Numbered from the stretch's first letter, positions 1-6,003 are shown. The stretch: DNA of 13,592 nt from a virus (IMGVR_UViG_2778261231_000014:1-13592); one strand, 5' to 3'. Notes: generated by a model not told the origin, from the letters alone. Translations and numbers: made by a program.

Positions 1-291
1 ATGACGAAATGCGCTATCTTGCAATTTATCTGCGCTATCGAGCTTCGCTTCCAGTTCAGCGATTCGCTTCTCTGCGGTTTCCAACTCATCCAGCAGCGCC
101 AGCACGGTGGCGGGGTTGGCTGCGGCGATAAATGCAGCATCACGCGCTTCGTTTTCACTGAATACCATGGCTATTTGCTCATGGTTCACGCCGTCAGTGG
201 AGTAAATCTCATCGTCGAACTCAACAGCCCACCGGCCTTTCGTCGCCTTCTCCGCCGCTTCACGCAGAGCCTGGTAATTAATCTCGCTCAC
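1..291 (-). CDS. Ead/Ea22-like phage protein, partial (first 97 codons; 3' end runs off the window start)
   Basis: GTG start at 291-289 with AGGAGG about 6 nt upstream; 4-nt overlap with the stop of the upstream gene (288-290). Translation begins VSEINYQALREAAEKATKGRWAVEFDD..., which I recall as typical of the Ead/Ea22 family. The + strand ORF 1..492 is its antisense. Confidence 0.45.
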   Translation of the reverse strand, partial: MSEINYQALREAAEKATKGRWAVEFDDEIYSTDGVNHEQIAMVFSENEARDAAFIAAANPATVLALLDELETAEKRIAELEAKLDSADKLQDSAFRH

Positions 292-878
292 TGGTTGCCT
301 CCTTTGCGAAGCTGGGCGGCGATATCTTCGAGAACGCCATCAGAGAATGAGCGGTCAAAATCGCCTTCCGGCGCATTAGCCATAAACTCAGTAGAGGTAA
401 GAATCATCCTGGCAATATCCGCGGCGTTCTTTGCAGTATCATCAATAAAACCAGCTTCCCAGGCAGCCAGCATTCTGTTCGCCACAAAGTAAGCTCCCTC
501 CTTGCGTGCTTCAGTCTTCACTTCAGCCAGGAAAGCGTCGGTGGCTGGGGTTTTGTTATCTGACTCCAGCCACTGGTTGTAGTAATAATCGAACATGCCA
601 GTAGGATAACCACATCCGCTGTGCACGTGGTCTTTCATAGCAGAACCACACATGCAGTAGTCATTGTCAGTATTGCTAATGATGTCGATAAGTTGCTGTG
701 TCCGTTGCTTCAACATCGCATTCTCCGCAGCCAGCGCCGCGCATCTGGCTTTAAGCTCTGATAACGGGCCGGAAATCTTTTTGGTGGTCATGCCGATCAT
801 GGTGGCAATGCGAGCACTATTCAGGCCCGGGTTATTACGCAGGGCTGCAAGAATCTGCCCACGAATTGTTATGGTCAT
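288..878 (-). CDS. Hypothetical phage protein (196 aa) with a possible N-terminal winged-helix segment and a Cys/His cluster
   Basis: ATG at 878-876 preceded by AAGGGGG; ATGA start/stop overlap with the DnaC-like gene implies translational coupling. Contains CMCGSAMKDHVHSGC. Family not recognised with certainty. Confidence 0.6.
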   Translation of the reverse strand: MTITIRGQILAALRNNPGLNSARIATMIGMTTKKISGPLSELKARCAALAAENAMLKQRTQQLIDIISNTDNDYCMCGSAMKDHVHSGCGYPTGMFDYYYNQWLESDNKTPATDAFLAEVKTEARKEGAYFVANRMLAAWEAGFIDDTAKNAADIARMILTSTEFMANAPEGDFDRSFSDGVLEDIAAQLRKGGNQ

Positions 879-1729
879 GCTGCCCCCTTAGAACGGTAAG
901 AATCCCACGTGAATGACAGAGTGCACCCGCCGCCATCGCTCATGCGGTCAAGAACGCGCTCGCCGATGAATGCTGCCAGCTCTTCCCTTGTCTGGTTGCT
1001 GATCAGGATGGTCGGCTTCATCCGCTCGTACCGGGTGTTGATGATTTCGAACATGATCAGCTTCTCTGCTTCGCTGCCGAACTGGACGCCCACCTCATCG
1101 ATGATCAGCAGGTCCGGAGTGGTGAAGTGCGAAATCACGTCGTTCTCGCAGCGCGTCGCTGTTTTCGACCACGTTGATTTGAACTCACGGGCAATCTTCA
1201 GCGCCGTGGTGAAAATTACCGGGCTCTGGTGGTTCTCGATGACGTAGCGGGCGATCGCCAGGGCGAGGTGGTTTTTACCGGTTCCCGGCTTTCCGCACAT
1301 CACCAGCCCACCTCCCTGCTTCAGCCGCTCGGGCCACTTTGCGGCATAAGCCTGGCAAACACGCAGCGCGCGTTCTGACTCTTTGCCAACCGGCTGGTAG
1401 TTTTCCAGCGTGCACGTCACAAAGCGCTCGGGGATTTCGAGCTGGCGCAGCAGGCGGTCGATGTTCTGCTGGCGCGCGCGGTCTTCCCAGCGTTTTTTCT
1501 CTGCATACAGGAAGGTCAACTCATCGCGCAGGCAGCCCGGACAGCGAGTCGGCGGTGACGGTAGTTTTATCAGGCTGCTGGTAAGAACGCGTTTACGCTG
1601 TTCGTACTCGCCATGTTTCTCGCACAGCACTGTTTCGCAGACGGTCTCGCAGTTAGGGAGTTGCTCTGGAGGTCTACCAAGGACTTCCAGCATTTTTTCG
1701 ATAGCGTCGATTTTTTCGAGCAGTTCCAT
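875..1729 (-). CDS. DnaC-like replicative helicase loader (AAA+ ATPase, IstB/DnaC family; lambda P-position analog)
   Basis: Walker A GKPGTGKNHLALAIA and Walker B LLIIDEVG in the translation. Preferred start is ATG 1729-1727 with GAGGGA upstream, 2 nt after the O-like stop; the track ORF extends to 1747. Confidence 0.85.
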   Translation of the reverse strand: MELLEKIDAIEKMLEVLGRPPEQLPNCETVCETVLCEKHGEYEQRKRVLTSSLIKLPSPPTRCPGCLRDELTFLYAEKKRWEDRARQQNIDRLLRQLEIPERFVTCTLENYQPVGKESERALRVCQAYAAKWPERLKQGGGLVMCGKPGTGKNHLALAIARYVIENHQSPVIFTTALKIAREFKSTWSKTATRCENDVISHFTTPDLLIIDEVGVQFGSEAEKLIMFEIINTRYERMKPTILISNQTREELAAFIGERVLDRMSDGGGCTLSFTWDSYRSKGAA

Positions 1730-1731
1730 AC

Positions 1732-2601
1732 TCAGTCCCTCGCCCATGATGGGATTTCAGTCTGGCCGTAGTCTTTGCCAGCGAAGTTCTCGGATACGCG
1801 AGACTGATTGCGGGTAGGCTGCTTGGCGCCCTTAGGCTCAAACAATCCCTGCCAGCCGTTAGCGATGCTCTGGTTTATAATTTCTTCAGGCTGATATCCG
1901 CTGCACTTGCAACGCTCGAGCAGGTTGATGGCCTGGGTAACCGTCTGCTGAGACTTGATCGGTTTCTTCAGGTCGCGACGATAATCGACCCATGACTTCC
2001 AGACTGAAACTGACAGCCATTCAGGAAGGTCAACACCAGCCGGATCGAACGAAGCATGTTTGGGGGATTTAGGGGGTTTATTAATATTGTCTTTATTGTC
2101 TTTTGTAATAGTGTCTTTTGTGTGTCCCCATTTTGGTGACAGGGTTGTCACTGTTTTGGTGACACTTTTTGTCACCACCGTAGGGACACTGTCACTACCA
2201 TGGTGACAGTCACTACTATGGTGACATTTTGGCGCAGGCTTAGTGCCCGGAATTACCCACTCACTCAGGTTTTTGTTGGGCCCGATCAGCATGCCGTCGG
2301 ACACCAAAACATTCATCGCAATGAGTTCGTTTTTGGCAGCGTTAACCTTCTGGCGAGGTAGCCTGGTCAGCTCAGAAAGTTGTGAGTCTGCTATGCGGTC
2401 CATCTTCTTGTTGAACCCATAGGTTTTGCGGCAAACAGCATGAGCTACCTTGGCCTGATTTTTGGTCAGGTTCGCGCCGATAAGCTCCTCATACAACTCG
2501 TTTGCCAGACGGGTGTACCCATCGTCTGTATCGGCCACGCGTTGCTCCTGTATTCCCGAAACTACAGCGGGAAAGTTGAGAATTTCTGCGGTGTTTGACA
2601 T
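1732..2601 (-). CDS. Replication initiator protein, lambda O-like N-terminal domain
   Basis: N-terminus MSNTAEILNF...ADTDDGYTRLAN...LTKNQAKV...RKTYGFNKKMDRIADSQLSELTRLP...GPNKNLSEW closely follows the lambda O N-terminal domain as I remember it. ATG 2601-2599 with GGGAG RBS; the track ORF starts at an upstream in-frame GTG at 2628. Iterons lie inside the central linker. Confidence 0.85.
   Translation of the reverse strand: MSNTAEILNFPAVVSGIQEQRVADTDDGYTRLANELYEELIGANLTKNQAKVAHAVCRKTYGFNKKMDRIADSQLSELTRLPRQKVNAAKNELIAMNVLVSDGMLIGPNKNLSEWVIPGTKPAPKCHHSSDCHHGSDSVPTVVTKSVTKTVTTLSPKWGHTKDTITKDNKDNINKPPKSPKHASFDPAGVDLPEWLSVSVWKSWVDYRRDLKKPIKSQQTVTQAINLLERCKCSGYQPEEIINQSIANGWQGLFEPKGAKQPTRNQSRVSENFAGKDYGQTEIPSWARD
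2075..2230. repeat. ori-like element inside the O-like gene: four to five roughly 22-bp iterons plus an adjacent AT-rich tract
   Basis: Repeated units TTTTGGTGACAGGGTTGTCACTG / TTTTGGTGACACTTTTTGTCACC / ...GGGACACTGTCACTA / CCATGGTGACAGTCACTACT / ATGGTGACATTTT at 2131-2230; AT-rich tract with repeated ATTGTCTTT at about 2075-2130. Same layout as lambda ori inside O. Confidence 0.6.
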
Positions 2602-2604
2602 ACT
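2576..2604 (+). promoter_or_regulatory. Putative promoter for a short + strand (antisense) transcript: TTGAGA-17-CATACT
   Basis: -35-like TTGAGA at 2576-2581 and -10-like CATACT at 2599-2604 with 17-bp spacer. Weak match; proposed mainly because a strong + strand terminator lies about 70 nt downstream. Confidence 0.25.
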
Positions 2605-2640
2605 TACTCCCGTTACTTGCCGTAACACAGTGTGATAAGG

Positions 2641-2676
2641 GCCTTTGAAGTTACCGCTTCAAGGGCTTTTTCTTTT
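2641..2676 (+). terminator. Rho-independent terminator on the + strand, in the gap between the O-like and YdaT-like genes
   Basis: 10-bp stem GCCTTTGAAG / CTTCAAGGGC (one G-U pair), 6-nt loop, then TTTTTCTTTT. The U-tract is 3' only on the + strand, opposite to the local genes. Confidence 0.6.
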
Positions 2677-2686
2677 CTTGTGCCTC

Positions 2687-3229
2687 TCATATAACCCCCA
2701 ACATTGACGTGACCATCGTCATCAGCGGCCCTACCTGCTCCGGCATGAGGCGGAACAGCGACGCTATACCCTCGCTTACCTCTTTCAGCTTCTGATGCTC
2801 TGGAGCGCCCAGAAGCACTGCCTGCTTAGCTTCGGCACACTCTTTCATCGCGGATGCGATCAGCGACATCGTGTCGTTCTGTGGTGCAAGGCGGTTGCGA
2901 AATTCCAGTGGAAGTACCGCCATGATTGCGGGCGTCAGCTGGCGCACGTTCTCGCGGTACTGCTCAGAGTCGAAACGGTTATCCAGAAAGCGAAAAAGTT
3001 TCTGGCGCGCCCTGCTGATGTCTTCCGGGAAGCTGATGGCGGTACCGCCCTGCTCCCGGTATTCGTTGATGATCAGTGCCGAAACGACGTCCTGATTGTC
3101 CAGCGCCGAAGACCATGCCCGGACCGCATCGCGGATCTTTTCGTGGTCTGGCGCCGCCTTAGGTTGAGCGCGGTTTATCATCGCTCCCGGGTGTATTCCG
3201 GTATTGTGTTGATACGCAAGTGAATGCAT
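2687..3229 (-). CDS. YdaT-like regulatory protein (CII-position analog of Rac-type prophages)
   Basis: Sits immediately downstream of the cro-like gene. Motifs EYREQGG and LTPAIMAVLPLEFRNRL resemble Rac YdaT as I recall it. Start could be ATG 3229 or internal ATG 3181. Confidence 0.6.
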   Translation of the reverse strand: MHSLAYQHNTGIHPGAMINRAQPKAAPDHEKIRDAVRAWSSALDNQDVVSALIINEYREQGGTAISFPEDISRARQKLFRFLDNRFDSEQYRENVRQLTPAIMAVLPLEFRNRLAPQNDTMSLIASAMKECAEAKQAVLLGAPEHQKLKEVSEGIASLFRLMPEQVGPLMTMVTSMLGVI

Positions 3230-3258
3230 TGCTTTCCCTTTCGTGGTTAGGGCCGCCG

Positions 3259-3480
3259 TTAGGCGGCAAAGATACCTGGATATAGAACTTCGCGAGGAAG
3301 CCCCGTCACTTCTTCGTACTTACGCATTTTTGTTACTGGAAGGCTGCCACCTCGCTTTTTAAGCATATTGATGGCCTGTGGCGTTACGCCGACCTTTTCA
3401 GCAAGCACCTTTTGAGAGCCGCCCACTGCATTAATGGCTTTCTCAAGCGGGGTGCTTGCGTTGGATTCTTTGTTGATCAT
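3259..3480 (-). CDS. Cro/YdaS-like small HTH regulator (73 aa)
   Basis: HTH-like segment QKVLAEKVGVTPQAINMLKK; GGAG RBS 7 nt upstream of ATG 3480; divergent from the repressor gene across an operator region. Confidence 0.7.
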   Translation of the reverse strand: MINKESNASTPLEKAINAVGGSQKVLAEKVGVTPQAINMLKKRGGSLPVTKMRKYEEVTGLPREVLYPGIFAA

Positions 3481-3597
3481 GTTTTGCTCCGCTCATGTGT
3501 AATCAACACCATGTTAATTCATGATGTGGATTAAATCAACATTATGGTGATGGAAAAAATCCACATGTTGTTTACCATGCATGGAGCGGAGGGTTTT
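3481..3597. promoter_or_regulatory. Immunity operator/promoter region (OR-like) between the divergent cro-like and cI-like genes
   Basis: Four copies of AATC(A/C)ACA or its complement at 3501-3508, 3525-3532 (TGTGGATT), 3534-3541, 3558-3565. 3525-3541 forms an imperfect 17-bp palindrome TGTGGATTAAATCAACA. A leftward TTGATT-17-TAACAT promoter candidate lies on the - strand. Confidence 0.6.
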
Positions 3598-4308
3598 ATG
3601 AGTAGCATTTCTGAAAGAATTAAATTTTTACTGGCAAGGGAAGGCTTGAAGCAGCGGGATTTGGCTGAGGCTTTGTCGACTAGCCCACAGACCGTCAACA
3701 ACTGGATAAAAAGAGACGCGTTAAGTCGTGAGGCGGCGCAACAAATATCTGAAAAATTCGGTTATTCTCTTGACTGGTTATTAAATGGAGAGGGTTCTCC
3801 AAAGAAGGATCTGGAGAGCAACATCCCGCCAGAGTCTGAGTGGGGAGTTGTTGATGCATGGGATAAAGACACCCCGCTTCCTGTTGATGAGGTTGAAGTG
3901 CCATTTCTTAAGGATATTGAATTTGCGTGTGGTGATGGTCGAGTTCAGTGCGAAGACCACAATGGATTTAAGCTGAGATTCTCCAAGGCAACGCTCAGAA
4001 GAGTGGGTGCAAATAGTGATGGTTCTGGAGTGCTTTGCTTTCCCGCTTCTGGTGACAGCATGGAGCCCGTTATTCCTGACGGCGCAACGGTAGCAGTCGA
4101 TACAGGCAACAAGCGGATTATTGACGGCGAACTCTATGCTATTAACCAGGGCGATTTAAAGCGCATAAAGCAGCTTTATCGAAAGCCTGGTGGGAAGCTA
4201 TTAATACGAAGCATCAATCGCGATTATGACGATGAAGAGGCTGATGAGGCAGATGTCGAGATAATCGGTTTTGTGTTCTGGTACTCGGTATTGCGATATC
4301 GCCGATAA
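3598..4308 (+). CDS. CI-like phage repressor (N-terminal XRE-type HTH plus C-terminal S24/LexA-like peptidase)
   Basis: HTH RIKFLLAREGLKQRDLAEALSTSPQTVNNWIK; S24 signature GDSMEP and a downstream Lys (LKRIK). Start ATG 3598 with GGAGGG RBS; in-frame ATGs from 3544 exist but overlap the operators. Confidence 0.85.
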   Translation: MSSISERIKFLLAREGLKQRDLAEALSTSPQTVNNWIKRDALSREAAQQISEKFGYSLDWLLNGEGSPKKDLESNIPPESEWGVVDAWDKDTPLPVDEVEVPFLKDIEFACGDGRVQCEDHNGFKLRFSKATLRRVGANSDGSGVLCFPASGDSMEPVIPDGATVAVDTGNKRIIDGELYAINQGDLKRIKQLYRKPGGKLLIRSINRDYDDEEADEADVEIIGFVFWYSVLRYRR

Positions 4309-4314
4309 TTTTAG

Positions 4315-4425
4315 TGGCCTGAAGAGACGTTTGGGTGATAAGAGAATATCTGATAGTAGGCGTGGTTACTTTGCTCTCGGTTGTTGCGATCGTGCTTATG
4401 GTGGCCTGATGAGACGTTTGGGTGA
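4315..4425. repeat. Two copies of a 25-bp direct repeat GTGGCCTGA(A/T)GAGACGTTTGGGTGAT, 86 bp apart, between the cI-like and KilA-N genes
   Basis: Copy 1 at 4315-4339, copy 2 at 4401-4425, one mismatch. Read directly from the sequence. Confidence 0.7.
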
Positions 4426-4457
4426 TTATTTTATTTTTCACAGCAATAGGATGATTT

Positions 4458-5219
4458 ATGACACAGTTTCAACTTGCATTAATCGCCAGAGAAGTTGATG
4501 GAGAAGTCATCCATCTTCGCACCAAAGACGGTTACATCAATGCCACCGCAATGTGCAAGTCTGCTGGGAAGCTACTTGCTGACTATACACGACTAAAAAC
4601 AACGCAAGATTTTTTTGATGAATTATCCCGCGATATGGGGATTCCCATATCGGAATTAATTCAATCATTTAAAGGCGGAAGAGCAGAGAATCAAGGGACT
4701 TGGGTTCATCCAGACATCGCAATTAACTTAGCTCAGTGGCTATCTCCAAAATTTGCAGTGCAAGTATCGAGATGGGTGCGTGAGTGGATGTCAGGCGAAA
4801 GAGCGCCTGCCGAACTCCCTATCCACCTTAAGCGGTATATGACAAACCGAGGCAGGGTTCCTCATACGCACTTTTCTATGCTTAATGAACTGACGTTTAA
4901 CCTGGTTGCGCCACTTGAGCAGGCAGGATATACGCTGCCAGAAAAAATGGTCCCTGATATTTCAGAAGGTAGGGTTTTCTCGCAATGGCTTCGTGAAAAC
5001 CGGGGTGTTGAGCCGAAGACGTTCCCAACATATAACCATGAGTACCCAGATGGCCGGACATTCCCGGTACGTCTATACCCAAACGAATATCTTGCAGATT
5101 TCAAACAACACTTCAACGAAGTGTGGCTGCCTCAGTACGCTCCTAAATATTTTGCAGAACGAGACCAAAGGGCATTGACGTTGATTGAGAAAATCATGTT
5201 GCCTGACCTTGATTCCTAA
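4458..5219 (+). CDS. KilA-N domain protein (253 aa) with an unassigned C-terminal domain
   Basis: N-terminal approximately 100 aa (INATAMCKSAGKLLADYTRLKTTQDFF...VHPDIAINLAQWLSPKFAVQVSRWV) fit the KilA-N/APSES-like fold. AGGA RBS; lower GC than the flanks. Confidence 0.65.
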   Translation: MTQFQLALIAREVDGEVIHLRTKDGYINATAMCKSAGKLLADYTRLKTTQDFFDELSRDMGIPISELIQSFKGGRAENQGTWVHPDIAINLAQWLSPKFAVQVSRWVREWMSGERAPAELPIHLKRYMTNRGRVPHTHFSMLNELTFNLVAPLEQAGYTLPEKMVPDISEGRVFSQWLRENRGVEPKTFPTYNHEYPDGRTFPVRLYPNEYLADFKQHFNEVWLPQYAPKYFAERDQRALTLIEKIMLPDLDS

Positions 5220-5227
5220 ATGTTATA

Positions 5228-5250
5228 CCCGGCCACCAAGCCGGGGTTTT
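5228..5250 (+). terminator. Putative intrinsic terminator after the KilA-N gene
   Basis: Stem CCCGGC / GCCGGG, loop CACCAA, followed by GTTTT. Sits between the convergent KilA-N and 65-aa genes. Confidence 0.4.
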
Positions 5251-5446
5251 ACTGCCCTTTCCGCACTATCTCAGCTGCATCCCTGTTCACACCCTTACCT
5301 ATCACGTTTCCCGTTTCCTTCCGGTACCGTTCCAGCTTGTCGATGATGTTTTGCTGGGTCATAGGTAAATCTGCCAGTGACAACTCCATGACCGCCCGCC
5401 CCATGGCGTGAACCATCATGTTCACTCTTTCTTCATCCAAGCCCAT
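5249..5446 (-). CDS. Small hypothetical protein (65 aa), divergent from the early-left promoter
   Basis: AAGGAG RBS 8 nt upstream of ATG 5446-5444; possible extended -10 TGATATGCT on the - strand upstream. No family recognised with confidence. Confidence 0.55.
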   Translation of the reverse strand: MGLDEERVNMMVHAMGRAVMELSLADLPMTQQNIIDKLERYRKETGNVIGKGVNRDAAEIVRKGQ

Positions 5447-5501
5447 TACCCACTCCTTTTTGATGTTTTTTTCAGCATATCACTTATGCCACCAAAAAAT
5501 A

Positions 5502-5576
5502 AATCAACATAAAAATCAACAAGAAACGATTAAATCAACAAAATAAATCCACAAGGTGTTGACCTATAAATCCACA
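5502..5576. promoter_or_regulatory. Second operator-like cluster (OL-like): five direct copies of AATC(A/C)ACA
   Basis: AATCAACA at 5502, 5514, 5533; AATCCACA at 5546, 5569. Same motif family as the cI/cro intergenic region; the last copy lies between the -35 and -10 of the rightward promoter. Confidence 0.55.
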
Positions 5577-5587
5577 TGATGTTTAAT
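5559..5587 (+). promoter_or_regulatory. Putative early-left (pL-like) sigma70 promoter: TTGACC-17-TTTAAT
   Basis: TTGACC at 5559-5564, TTTAAT at 5582-5587, 17-bp spacer containing AAATCCACATGATG. Points toward the recombination-gene operon. Confidence 0.45.
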
Positions 5588-5633
5588 TATCCCATCGAAA
5601 CGAAACATCGACAGCTGAGCGAAGTTAGCCAGC

Positions 5634-5664
5634 GGCGGACAGCAAGTCGCCTGCTTTTTAACAA
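5634..5664 (+). promoter_or_regulatory. nut-like site in the leader: bulged hairpin followed by a boxA-like TGCTTTTTAACAA (alternatively a leader intrinsic terminator)
   Basis: Hairpin GGCG(G)AC-AGCAA-GTCGCC at 5634-5651, then TGCTTTTTAACAA at 5652-5664, which is one mismatch from the rrn boxA core TGCTCTTTAACAA as I recall it. Confidence 0.35.
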
Positions 5665-6003
5665 CATGCAGATTTACAGCGTCAATGACCTGTTAAGACC
5701 CCTACACGTAAACGTGCTGTATCACCGGGTGCGATCCGGTCGGTGAGAGAGTATCCCCGCGCGAGAGCGAGAACGGCGTGAGAACGGGCAACACTGGCAG
5801 GGAGTTGGCGCTGACCAATACAGGGAATGTTATGGGATGTGGTGAAGGGTTCATGGACGGGAATATGTCGCACGTAAAGCGGCGAGGCCCGAGGAGCTAT
5901 TGCCGAAGATAAGTAGGCCGAATCGGGTCGAAATGGGTCTCCCACCTACCACATCGCCAAAGCATTTCTCCCGCATCAGCGGGTAACGACAGAGGGTAAG
6001 GGG

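Noticed and set aside
1-492. + strand ORF of 163 aa at the window start
   Set aside because: Antisense to two - strand genes that have RBSs and coupled start/stop overlaps; the translation has no recognisable features.
664-1817. + strand ORFs 664..891, 909..1247, 1339..1584, 1410..1817
   Set aside because: All lie antisense within the DnaC-like and neighbouring - strand genes; their translations are Arg/Ser-rich low-complexity, typical of the reverse frame of GC-rich coding DNA.
2795-3223. + strand ORFs 2795..3223 and 2871..3095
   Set aside because: Antisense to the YdaT-like gene, which has family-like motifs and operon context; no RBS.
3695-3976. ORFs 3695..3904 (-) and 3785..3976 (+) inside the repressor gene
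   Set aside because: They overlap the well-supported CI-like CDS in alternative or antisense frames.
4401-4425. CTGATGAG inside the second 25-bp repeat, reminiscent of a hammerhead ribozyme core
   Set aside because: No accompanying GAAA core or appropriate three-stem structure; the first copy reads CTGAAGAG, so the match is coincidental.
4315-4425. Possibility that the direct repeats are a CRISPR array
   Set aside because: Only two copies, an 86-bp irregular spacer region, no cas genes, and a repeat sequence unlike CRISPR repeats.
4214-4498. ORFs 4214..4441 (-) and 4271..4498 (+) across the cI/KilA-N intergenic repeats
   Set aside because: They span the 25-bp direct repeats and overlap real gene ends; no RBS. 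The region is better explained as non-coding.
4862-5178. ORFs 4862..5116 (-), 4897..5082 (-) and 4906..5178 (+) inside the KilA-N gene
   Set aside because: Alternative or antisense frames of a supported CDS.
5220-5411. + strand ORF 5220..5411 (63 aa)
   Set aside because: Antisense to the 65-aa - strand gene, which has a strong AAGGAG RBS; the + ORF has none and starts inside the terminator hairpin.
5682-5945. - strand ORF of 87 aa in the leader region
   Set aside because: GTG start with no RBS, Pro/Arg-rich composition, and antisense to the early-left transcript; treated as non-coding leader.
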